From Chlamydiota bacterium (GTDB taxonomy: Bacteria > Auribacterota > Tritonobacteria > UBA1439): 32,875 bases of DNA. Location of the stretch: positions 1-32,875 of the forward strand of contig JBAXOY010000021.1 of assembly GCA_037133055.1 (NCBI GenBank). Reading direction: 5' to 3'. The position numbers were made by a program, and so were the translations under genes. Below the pieces are notes generated by a model, which saw nothing but the letters and a program-made list of their open reading frames with translations, ran no database searches and was not told the origin of the DNA. Shown here one piece after another: positions 9,339 to 17,364 of this stretch; position 1 is the stretch's first letter; every line of letters starts with the position of its first letter.

Positions 9339-11000
9339 ATGCATCGTATTCGGGGGAACATCTTCGAGGCGGCGCCGGCGTGGGCGGATCCGCTTGTGCT
9401 CCTGCTGCTGTTCGGATTCTCCTTTTTTCACTCGCTCGGCGAGGCGCCGCTCCTCAACCCGGATGAAGGCCGCTACGCCGAAGTGCCGCGGGAGATGATC
9501 GAGTCCGGCGACTTCATCACGCCGCATCTGGACTACGTGGTCTATCTCGAAAAACCGCCGCTCTGCTACTGGCTGAACGCGCTTTCGTTCACGGCCTTCG
9601 GAGAGAACGAGTTCGGCGCCCGCTTTTTCAGCGCGCTCTCGGGCATCGCGGGCATCCTTCTCACCTGGCAGATCGGGCGAAGGGTGTTCGGGCGCAGGGC
9701 GGGAATGCTCTCCGCCCTGACCCTGGGGACCTCGATCGGCTATCTGGCCCAGGGGAGGCTCGCGATCATCGACATGCTCCTCACCTTCCTGCTCACCGCA
9801 TCCATCGGCTCCTTCCTTCTCGCGACAAGGAGCGGTGAGACGCACAAAGGCCTTTATTTCTATTCGTTCTTTATTTTCGCCGCCCTCGCGGTGCTCGCCA
9901 AGGGTCTCGTCGGAATCGTGCTGCCGGGGGCGATCATCGTGCTGTACCTGACGCTCGGCAGGCGCTGGAATCTCCTCGGGGAAATGAGGATCAGCGGGGG
10001 CATCACGTTCTTCCTCCTGATCGCCGCGCCATGGTTCGTCGCCGTGACGCTCAGGCATCCGGAGTTCCCGCGCTTCTTCTTCATCCACGAGCATTTCCAG
10101 CGCTATCTCACCTCAGTCCACCACCGTTACCAGCCGTTCTGGTTCTTTATCCCCGTGCTGGCGGGGCTCATCTTTCCATGGTCCTGCTTCCTCCCGGCCG
10201 CCGTCGCCGGGCTGCGGCGAAAGGGGGGAGGCGGGAACAGCGATGCCGGCCTTTTCCTGGCGATCTGGGCCGCCCTGATAGTCTGCTTCTTCTCCTGCTC
10301 AAAGTCCAAGCTCGTCCCCTATATCCTTCCCGCGCTCCCGCCGATCGCGCTGCTCATCGGGAAGACGCTTTCCGCGCTGCTGGAAATGGACTTTCGATCT
10401 CTCAGGAGAGAGGCATGGTTTCTGCACACCGGGCTCCTGAGCGGCGCTCTCGGAATCCTGCTCTATTCTCTCCTGGCGCCTAAACCGACGATCGGTCCCC
10501 TCGGATGCGCGGTGATCGCCGTCCTGCTCCTCTCGGAGGCGCTGCTCGTCGGGGCGTGCAGGCGCCGCTCAAGCGTAGCGGGGCTTTTCCTCAGTTTGTT
10601 CATAATGACCTACCTCCAGGGGATCATCGGGCCGCCGTTCGTCATCGCCGGCATGCAGCGGAAGAGATCCTGCAAGGGACTTGCGCGGCTGGTGGCGAAA
10701 AGCGCGAAGCCCGGGGACACGGTGGTCTGCTTCAGCTTTTACCCGCAGGATCTCCCCTTTTATCTGAAAAGGAGGGTCGCGCTCGTGGGGAACACGGGCG
10801 ATCTTGAATTCGGCAGCGCCCGCGGGGACCAGTCGTCCTGGTTCATCGAGCCGTCCGCGTTCACCGCACTCTGGAATTCGCCCCGGCGCGTCTTCGCCAT
10901 AATCGATATGGAGGACGCACAGGCGATCCGGAAGGCACTGGAAGCGCCGGTCAGGATATGCGGCCGCAAAGAGGACACGCTGGTCATAACCAATCGCTGA
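9339..11000 (+). CDS. arnT: ArnT/PMT-family (GT-C fold) lipid-carrier-dependent glycosyltransferase
   Basis: PDEGRYAEVPREM, YLEKPPLCYW, LAKG, FFFIHEHFQRY, SKSKLVPYILP; multiple TM helices. Confidence 0.88.
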   Translation: MHRIRGNIFEAAPAWADPLVLLLLFGFSFFHSLGEAPLLNPDEGRYAEVPREMIESGDFITPHLDYVVYLEKPPLCYWLNALSFTAFGENEFGARFFSALSGIAGILLTWQIGRRVFGRRAGMLSALTLGTSIGYLAQGRLAIIDMLLTFLLTASIGSFLLATRSGETHKGLYFYSFFIFAALAVLAKGLVGIVLPGAIIVLYLTLGRRWNLLGEMRISGGITFFLLIAAPWFVAVTLRHPEFPRFFFIHEHFQRYLTSVHHRYQPFWFFIPVLAGLIFPWSCFLPAAVAGLRRKGGGGNSDAGLFLAIWAALIVCFFSCSKSKLVPYILPALPPIALLIGKTLSALLEMDFRSLRREAWFLHTGLLSGALGILLYSLLAPKPTIGPLGCAVIAVLLLSEALLVGACRRRSSVAGLFLSLFIMTYLQGIIGPPFVIAGMQRKRSCKGLARLVAKSAKPGDTVVCFSFYPQDLPFYLKRRVALVGNTGDLEFGSARGDQSSWFIEPSAFTALWNSPRRVFAIIDMEDAQAIRKALEAPVRICGRKEDTLVITNR

Positions 11001-11029
11001 TTGCCCGGGGGCCCCGCGGGTCGTATACT
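11001..11029 (+). promoter_or_regulatory. Candidate sigma70 promoter for the efflux operon
   Basis: TTGCCC-N17-TATACT directly after the arnT stop codon. Confidence 0.5.
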
Positions 11030-11054
11030 TATGCGCACTGCGAGACGTGTCGCC

Positions 11055-12458
11055 ATGAGAATCGCGCTGCTCGTCCTCACGCTTGCCCTGGCGCCGGGAT
11101 GCGCCGTGTTCGAGCCCGGGCCCGTGCAGTCCCCGCCGTGGTCCGCCGGGTACGAGACCCGCTCGCTCGACAACCCGCGGCTGAAAGGGTTCATCGCCTC
11201 CTGCCTCGGGCGCGAGATCGACCCCTGGCCCCCGTCGACATGGGATTTGGACACCCTCACTCTGGCCGCCCTCTACTATAGTCCGGACCTCGACATCGCG
11301 CGGGCGCGCCTCGCCCAGGCGAAAGCCGGCGTGACCACCGCCTCGCGTATCCCGAACCCGACGGCCGACTCCCGCTATCAGTACGTCTCGAACCCCGACC
11401 CCGACACGCCCCGGAATGTCCTCGACTCCTCCGTGATGTTCCCCGTCGAGGCGCCGGGGAAGAGACGGAACCGTATCGCGCAGGCCGAGCACCTGGCGGA
11501 AGCGGCCCGCCTGAACATCGAGCGTGCGGCGTGGGAGGTGCGGGGCCGCGTGCGCGCCTCGGTCATCGACCTCTGCGAGGCGGCGGAGACGGAGGCCCTG
11601 CTACGGCGACAGTGCGTTCTCGAAGAGGAAAACATCGCGCGGGCCGAGCAGAGAGCGGACGGGGGAGAGCTTTCGCCCATCGAGCTTCCCGGGGCGCGTG
11701 CGTCGCTCGGCGAGGCCGAAATCGCGCTCTCGAAGGGGCGGCAGCAGGCCGTGGATGCGCGCCTCCGGCTCGCCGCAGCCGTCGGGGTCCCCCCCGCCGC
11801 GGTGGAGCCGATCAGCGTCGCCTGCGGCCCGGCGCCGCGCCGGAAGCGCGATCTGTCCCGCCCCGACCTGCAGAGACGCGCGCTCCGCGCACGCGCGGAC
11901 ATCCTGTCGTCCCTCGCGGACTATGCGGCGTGCCAATCGGCGCTCCAGAGCGAACTCGCCGCGCGGTTCCCCGACCTCCAGCTCGGGTCCGGCTTCGAGT
12001 GGGACCAGGGCGAGGAGAAGTGGGGCATCTCGGCATCCGTCCCCCTCCCGATCCTCGACCGCAACCAGGGGCCGATCGCCGAGGCCAGGGCCCGCATCGA
12101 AGAGTCGGCGGCGCGGTTCACCGCCCTTCAGTCGCAGGTGATCGGCGATATCGATCGGGCCCTCGCGGCGCGCGCCGCCGCGCAGCGCGAGATCGACGCG
12201 GCGGGCGCGCTCCTCGGGGAACGGGAACGACAGGTCGGTTTCCTGAAGGCCATGACCCGCCCCGGCGAGGTGCGGCAGATCGCCCTGTACCGCGCAGAGG
12301 GGCAGCGCATCGCGGCGGCGATCGCCATGCTCGGGGCGAAGGGGAAGGGGTTGCGCGCGGAGGGGGATCTCGAGGACGCGGTACAGCAGCCGCTCTTCTC
12401 CCCCGATGACGTTCCCTCCGTTCCTGAACTGCTGTCGCATTTCCAGGGGGAGCGCTAG
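11055..12458 (+). CDS. TolC/CzcC-family outer-membrane efflux lipoprotein
   Basis: Lipobox LAPGC; OEP-type motifs PDLDIARA, FPDLQLG, PILDRNQGPIAEA. Alternative start at 11031. Confidence 0.9.
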   Translation: MRIALLVLTLALAPGCAVFEPGPVQSPPWSAGYETRSLDNPRLKGFIASCLGREIDPWPPSTWDLDTLTLAALYYSPDLDIARARLAQAKAGVTTASRIPNPTADSRYQYVSNPDPDTPRNVLDSSVMFPVEAPGKRRNRIAQAEHLAEAARLNIERAAWEVRGRVRASVIDLCEAAETEALLRRQCVLEEENIARAEQRADGGELSPIELPGARASLGEAEIALSKGRQQAVDARLRLAAAVGVPPAAVEPISVACGPAPRRKRDLSRPDLQRRALRARADILSSLADYAACQSALQSELAARFPDLQLGSGFEWDQGEEKWGISASVPLPILDRNQGPIAEARARIEESAARFTALQSQVIGDIDRALAARAAAQREIDAAGALLGERERQVGFLKAMTRPGEVRQIALYRAEGQRIAAAIAMLGAKGKGLRAEGDLEDAVQQPLFSPDDVPSVPELLSHFQGER

Positions 12459-13304
12459 ATGAACTGCACGCGCGGGCGAATCGCGGCGGCGGTGGCGGGC
12501 GCGGCGCTCGCGGCCGTGCTGATCAGGGCCTGCGTTGCCCGGCGCGGCAGGGAGGCGCCCGATGAGGGCGCCGCCTCCCGGATCTCCGAGGCCGACGGGG
12601 TGAAGGTCATTACGCTCGACACGGTTGCCGTGAAGGGGAGCGGCATCGTCTCGGCGCCGCTCGCGGCTGCCGGCCACCGGAAGGAGAGAAACGTGTTCGG
12701 GGAGGTACTCGATCCCCGCCCCCTCCCCGCGCGCGCCGGGGATGATTTTCTCATCTCTTCCCCCCTTGAGGGGGAAGGTCAGCCTGCCCGCCATCGCTCT
12801 CGCTCAGGCGAGGCGGGCGGGGATGGGGGGGGCGCCGTGAAGGAGCGCGCCCTGTGCGTCAGGGTCTCGCTTTCCGATGCGGATGCCGCCTCAACGCCGC
12901 GATCTCCCGCGCGGGTCACGCTCCCCGACGGCACGGTCGTCGCCGCTGACCCGCTCGGCGCGCGAGCCCCCGGAGGGGGCCTCGTCTACCGCGCCCCGGC
13001 GGGGTCGTCACCGCCGGTTCCCGGGACGATGCTCCCCGTCGCCCTGCCGGCGGGGCCGGAAGAGGCCGGATACCTGATCCCGGATTCGGCGGTGGTCTGG
13101 ACCGACGGGAAGGCGTGGGTGTATATGCGGCGGGACGGAAATCGGTTCTCGCGCAGGGAGATCGCCGCGGACACCCGCGGCCGGGGGGGATGGTTCGTCG
13201 CGGGGGGGTTTTCGCCGGGAGAACAGGTCGTCGTGACCGGGGCGCAGCTCCTCCTCTCGGCCGAATTCCTCTCGCAGTATGCGCTCATAGAGATCGCGGA
13301 GTAA
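12459..13304 (+). CDS. Atypically short RND periplasmic adaptor (MFP) with a repeat-derived insertion
   Basis: Lies between TolC and RND genes; N-terminal anchor; C-terminal IPDSAVVWTDGKAWVY...GEQVVVTGAQLLLSAE; no obvious alpha-helical hairpin. Confidence 0.8.
   Translation: MNCTRGRIAAAVAGAALAAVLIRACVARRGREAPDEGAASRISEADGVKVITLDTVAVKGSGIVSAPLAAAGHRKERNVFGEVLDPRPLPARAGDDFLISSPLEGEGQPARHRSRSGEAGGDGGGAVKERALCVRVSLSDADAASTPRSPARVTLPDGTVVAADPLGARAPGGGLVYRAPAGSSPPVPGTMLPVALPAGPEEAGYLIPDSAVVWTDGKAWVYMRRDGNRFSRREIAADTRGRGGWFVAGGFSPGEQVVVTGAQLLLSAEFLSQYALIEIAE
12758..12833. repeat. Nested REP-like palindromes inside the MFP coding sequence
   Basis: TTCCCCC-CTTGA-GGGGGAA (12758-12776), then GCCCGCC-a-TCGC...GCGA-GGCGGGC (12786-12818), then GGGGATGGGGGG. 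Confidence 0.6.
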
Positions 13305-13305
13305 T

Positions 13306-16300
13306 ATGGACACCGCACATCGCGGAATCTTAAGCGCCATCGTCGACTCCTCTCTCCGCTTCCGCGGCGTCGTCATCGCCCTTGCGTGCATGTGGCTCGC
13401 CTACTGCGCCTACGCGCTCCTGCGGGCGAAGTACGACGTATTCCCCGAATTCGCGACGCCGCAGATCGACATCCAGACGAGTGCCCCCGGGCTCGCCCCC
13501 GAGCAGGTCGAAGCCCTGGTCACCCAGCCGATCGAAAACGCCGTCAACGGCGTGCCGGGACTTGAATCGCTCCGCTCCAACTCGATCCAGGGGCTTTCGG
13601 TGATCACGATGTACTTCTCCCCGCAGAGCGACATCTACCTTAACCGCCAGGTTATCGCCGAGCGCCTGACGGCGCTTGTGGGAAAACTGCCCGAGGGAAT
13701 CCCCGCCCCGGCCATGGTGCCGCTCACCTCGTCGACCGGCGACCTGTTGACGATCGGCCTCACCTCGAACACGCGCACGCTGATGGAGCTCAGGACGCTT
13801 GCCGACTGGACGGTCAAACCGCGCATCCTGGCGGCCCCCGGCGTCGCCAAGGTCGCGATCTTCGGCGGCCAGGTGAAGCAGTTCCAAATCCAGCCGCGCC
13901 TCGACCGGATGAGGTTGTACAACCTGTCCATGGACGACCTGCTGGCGGCGGCGCGAAAGGCCACGGGCGTCAGGGGGGCGGGCTTCATCGATACCCCGAA
14001 CCAGCACCTGATTCTCCAGACCGAGGGGCAGTCGCTCACCGCCGCGGAGCTCGCGCGGATCACCATCGTCGCCGGGAAGGACGCGGGCGCGCCGATGAGC
14101 ATAACCCTCGGGGACGTCGCCCGCGTCGCCGAGGCCCCCGAGCCGCCCATCAGCGCGGCATCGGTCATGGGGAAGGAGGGGGTCATCCTCAACGTCTGGG
14201 TCCAGTTCGGCGCAAACACACTGGAGGCGACGGGGGGTGTTGAACGGGCGATGGAAGAGCTCTCCCCCATGCTCAGGTCCGAGGGCGTGGTGGTTCATCC
14301 GAGGCTTTTCCGGGCCGCGAATTTCATCGAGACGGCGATGCACCGCCTGAAAATCTCGATCTGCATCGGCGCGGCGCTCGTGGTGGTGATATTGTTCCTT
14401 TTCCTGGCCAACCTCCGGACCGCATCCATTTCCGTCACCGCCATCCCCCTCTCCCTCCTGACGGCGGTGACGGTTCTTGAGTATCTCGGTCACAGTCTGA
14501 ACATCATGACGCTGGGGGGACTTGCCATCGCCATAGGCGTGGTGGTGGACGATGCCGTCATCAACGTGGAAAACATCCTGAGAAGGCTGAGGGAGAACCG
14601 CCATATCGAGAAGCCGCGCCCCGTATCCCGCGTGATCTTCGACGCGACCATGGAGGTGCAGGGGGCGGTCGTGTACGCGACGTTCGCGGTGGCGCTGGTC
14701 TTCGTGCCCGTGCTCACCATGTCCGGCCTCGCGGGAAGGCTCTTCTCGCCGCTCGGCATCGCCTATATCCTTGCCATACTCTTCTCCCTGCTCGTTGCGA
14801 TCACCGTGACTCCCGTCATGTGTTTACTGCTGCTGGGGAACCGGGATCTGGATAAAACAGAACCGCCCCTGGTGCGGTGGTCGAAGGGGAAGTATCGCCT
14901 GATCCTCCTGAGAGTCGAGCGCTCGCACCGCATGGTCATCGCCTCCGCGGGGATCGGTTCGATCGCGGGCGCCGCGGCGCTTTTCCTCCTCGGGGGGGAA
15001 TTCCTGCCCACGCTGCGGGAAGGGCATTTCCTGGTCCACTTGACCGCCGCCCCCGGGACCTCCATCGAGCAGTCGATCGAGATCGGGCGGCAGGCTACGC
15101 GCGCCCTGCTCGAGACGCCGTGCGTGGCGACGGTGGCCCAGCGCGTGGGGCGCGCCGAGGTGGACGACATCTTCGGGACGCACTCCAGCGAACTCGAGGT
15201 GGACCTGAAGCCGCTTAGCGGCGAGGCGGCGGAATCCGCGGAGGAGGATGTCCGGAAGGCGCTCTCGACGCTGGTCGGGGTGAACTTTGTCGTGAATACG
15301 TTCCTGACGGAACGGATCGAGGAAACGCTCTCCGGCTACACGGCCTCCGTCGTGATCAACATCTTCGGCAATGACCTCTCGGTGCTCGACGGGAAGGCGA
15401 AGGAGGTGGTCAGAGAAGTGAGCGCCATCCCCGGCGCCGCCGACGTCCAGGCGCAGTCGCCCCCCGGAACCCCCCAGCTTTTTATTCGTCTCCGACACGA
15501 GGAGTGTGCGCGATGGGGGTTCGACCCCGTGGATATCCTCGAGGTCATCCAGACGGCGTACCAGGGCGCAACCGTCGGCCAGGTGTACGACGGCAACCGG
15601 GTGTTCGACGTCCTGGTGATCCTCGACCCGCGGGACCGGAACAGCGTCAACGGGTTGGGGGACCTGGCCCTGCGCAGCCCGACGGGCAGCTTTGTCCGTT
15701 TGGGCCGGCTTGCCGACATCAAGGAAATGCCCGGCCGCTATACGATCCAGCACGACGCCGCCCGGCGCGTCCAGGTGGTGACCTGCAATGTGTCCGAACG
15801 GAATGTCCGTTCTTTTGTCGAGGAAGCGAAAAAGAGGATCGCCGCCTCCGTCAAGATGCCGGAGGGAACCTATGTCGAGTTCGGGGGGACGGCGGAAGCG
15901 GAGGCGAGATCAAGAAGCGACCTGATACTCCACTCGCTGCTGGCAGGCATAGGGATCATCCTCCTGCTCTCCATCGTGTTCGCCAACGGCCGCAGCCTCG
16001 TCCTGATCCTGGCGAACCTTCCGTTCTGCTTCGTGGGGGGGGTGCTGGCGCTCGTCTGCTCCGGGAACGGGCTTTCGATCGGCTCGCTGGTCGGTTTCGT
16101 GTCTCTCTTCGGGATCACGCTGCGCAACTCGATTATGATGATCTCCCACTACGAGCACCTTGTCTCGTGCGAGGGGCAGAGCTGGGGGCTCGAAACCGCG
16201 ATTCGGGGGGCATCAGAGCGGCTCACGCCCATTCTCATGACCGCCCTCGTCACCGCGATGGGGCTTCTGCCGATCGCGCTCGCGAGCGGCGCGCCCGGGC

Positions 16301-16428
16301 TCGAGATCGAGGGGCCAATGGCGATCGTGATCCTCGGCGGCCTCGCCACCTCGACCGCGTTGAACCTCCTGGTGCTGCCCGCCCTCGCCCTCCGCTTCGG
16401 CCGGTTTGATCGAAAACGCGCCGTCTGA
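13306..16428 (+). CDS. CusA/CzcA-family RND efflux permease
   Basis: 1040 aa; DVFPEFA, APGLAPEQVE, TM4 GVVVDDAVINVEN, ERLTPILMTA, PMAIVILGGL. Confidence 0.95.
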   Translation: MDTAHRGILSAIVDSSLRFRGVVIALACMWLAYCAYALLRAKYDVFPEFATPQIDIQTSAPGLAPEQVEALVTQPIENAVNGVPGLESLRSNSIQGLSVITMYFSPQSDIYLNRQVIAERLTALVGKLPEGIPAPAMVPLTSSTGDLLTIGLTSNTRTLMELRTLADWTVKPRILAAPGVAKVAIFGGQVKQFQIQPRLDRMRLYNLSMDDLLAAARKATGVRGAGFIDTPNQHLILQTEGQSLTAAELARITIVAGKDAGAPMSITLGDVARVAEAPEPPISAASVMGKEGVILNVWVQFGANTLEATGGVERAMEELSPMLRSEGVVVHPRLFRAANFIETAMHRLKISICIGAALVVVILFLFLANLRTASISVTAIPLSLLTAVTVLEYLGHSLNIMTLGGLAIAIGVVVDDAVINVENILRRLRENRHIEKPRPVSRVIFDATMEVQGAVVYATFAVALVFVPVLTMSGLAGRLFSPLGIAYILAILFSLLVAITVTPVMCLLLLGNRDLDKTEPPLVRWSKGKYRLILLRVERSHRMVIASAGIGSIAGAAALFLLGGEFLPTLREGHFLVHLTAAPGTSIEQSIEIGRQATRALLETPCVATVAQRVGRAEVDDIFGTHSSELEVDLKPLSGEAAESAEEDVRKALSTLVGVNFVVNTFLTERIEETLSGYTASVVINIFGNDLSVLDGKAKEVVREVSAIPGAADVQAQSPPGTPQLFIRLRHEECARWGFDPVDILEVIQTAYQGATVGQVYDGNRVFDVLVILDPRDRNSVNGLGDLALRSPTGSFVRLGRLADIKEMPGRYTIQHDAARRVQVVTCNVSERNVRSFVEEAKKRIAASVKMPEGTYVEFGGTAEAEARSRSDLILHSLLAGIGIILLLSIVFANGRSLVLILANLPFCFVGGVLALVCSGNGLSIGSLVGFVSLFGITLRNSIMMISHYEHLVSCEGQSWGLETAIRGASERLTPILMTALVTAMGLLPIALASGAPGLEIEGPMAIVILGGLATSTALNLLVLPALALRFGRFDRKRAV

Positions 16429-16445
16429 CATGCCGCACGTCCGGG

Positions 16446-17273
16446 CTACTTCACGAGGCCCTTCGCCCCGTCCATGAGCCCCTTCGCGGCGCTGCTGGCG
16501 GCTCCGACCGCCTGTTTCCCCGTGTCGGAAACCGCGCCGACCGCCTGTTTCCCCGTGTCGGAGACCGCGCCGACGACCTGGCGGCCCGCCCTGTCGACCG
16601 ACGCGACGCTCGATGAGAGCGACGCCCCGAGTTCGGGGGGGATCACGCCGCCCCCGTTGGCGACTGCCGACCGGATTATCTCCCGGAGGGAGAGCGCCAT
16701 GGTCTGGGCGAGCGTCACCCCCTGGGCGCCCTCTCCGCCGAGCTCCCTCAGTTCGAGCGGCGGCAGCGGGATGAGGGCGGGAAGCGCGCCCTTGAGCTTC
16801 ACGGAGACCGATACCTTCGCGCCGACGATGCGGAGGCTTCCTATGATGAGCTTCTTCCCCCCGCCTGTCGCGCCGGGCTTGCCCGTGTTGGCGAGAAGAT
16901 CCGACAGGTTGGAGCCGGTGAGGCCCTGCTCAAGGGTGACGGCCGGCGCCTCGACGGTGATCGACTCGATGCGGGGCGCGCGACGGAGAAGGGCGGTGAG
17001 CGGGGCGCGCACGTTGATCCGCCCCACCTCGATCGCGTTCATCGTGGTGTAGCCCGGCGGGTTGCCCACCTCCAGCCCCTTCAGATCGATCACGCCGGAA
17101 AATATTTTCAGCCCCGCCCCCCGCAGATGCACGGGCACGCCGAGGGCGAGAGACCCGCCCTTGCCGACGGCCGGACAGATCAGCATCCCCGGCGCGACCA
17201 GCAGCACCGCCAACAGCACCGCCACGACCACCGCCGCGACGATGAGAATCCATCTCCCCCTCACACCGGCCAT
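16446..17273 (-). CDS. AsmA-like membrane-anchored protein
   Basis: ATG 17273 with GAGGAGG; N-terminal TM; GLEVGNPPGY and SNLSDL motifs; repetitive C-terminal tail. Confidence 0.75.
   Translation of the reverse strand: MAGVRGRWILIVAAVVVAVLLAVLLVAPGMLICPAVGKGGSLALGVPVHLRGAGLKIFSGVIDLKGLEVGNPPGYTTMNAIEVGRINVRAPLTALLRRAPRIESITVEAPAVTLEQGLTGSNLSDLLANTGKPGATGGGKKLIIGSLRIVGAKVSVSVKLKGALPALIPLPPLELRELGGEGAQGVTLAQTMALSLREIIRSAVANGGGVIPPELGASLSSSVASVDRAGRQVVGAVSDTGKQAVGAVSDTGKQAVGAASSAAKGLMDGAKGLVK
16504..16569 (-). repeat. 33-bp coding tandem repeat x2 (AVSDTGKQAVG)
   Basis: ccgaccgcctgtttccccgtgtcggaRaccgcg at 16504-16536 and 16537-16569, differing at one base. Confidence 0.9.
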
Positions 17274-17364
17274 ATCAACACCCTCCTCTCGATCCCATGA
17301 TGCCGCGTCACCGCGCCGCTCCCGCGAACGCCCCGCACCACACACAGAAGATTCTACTGCACCT

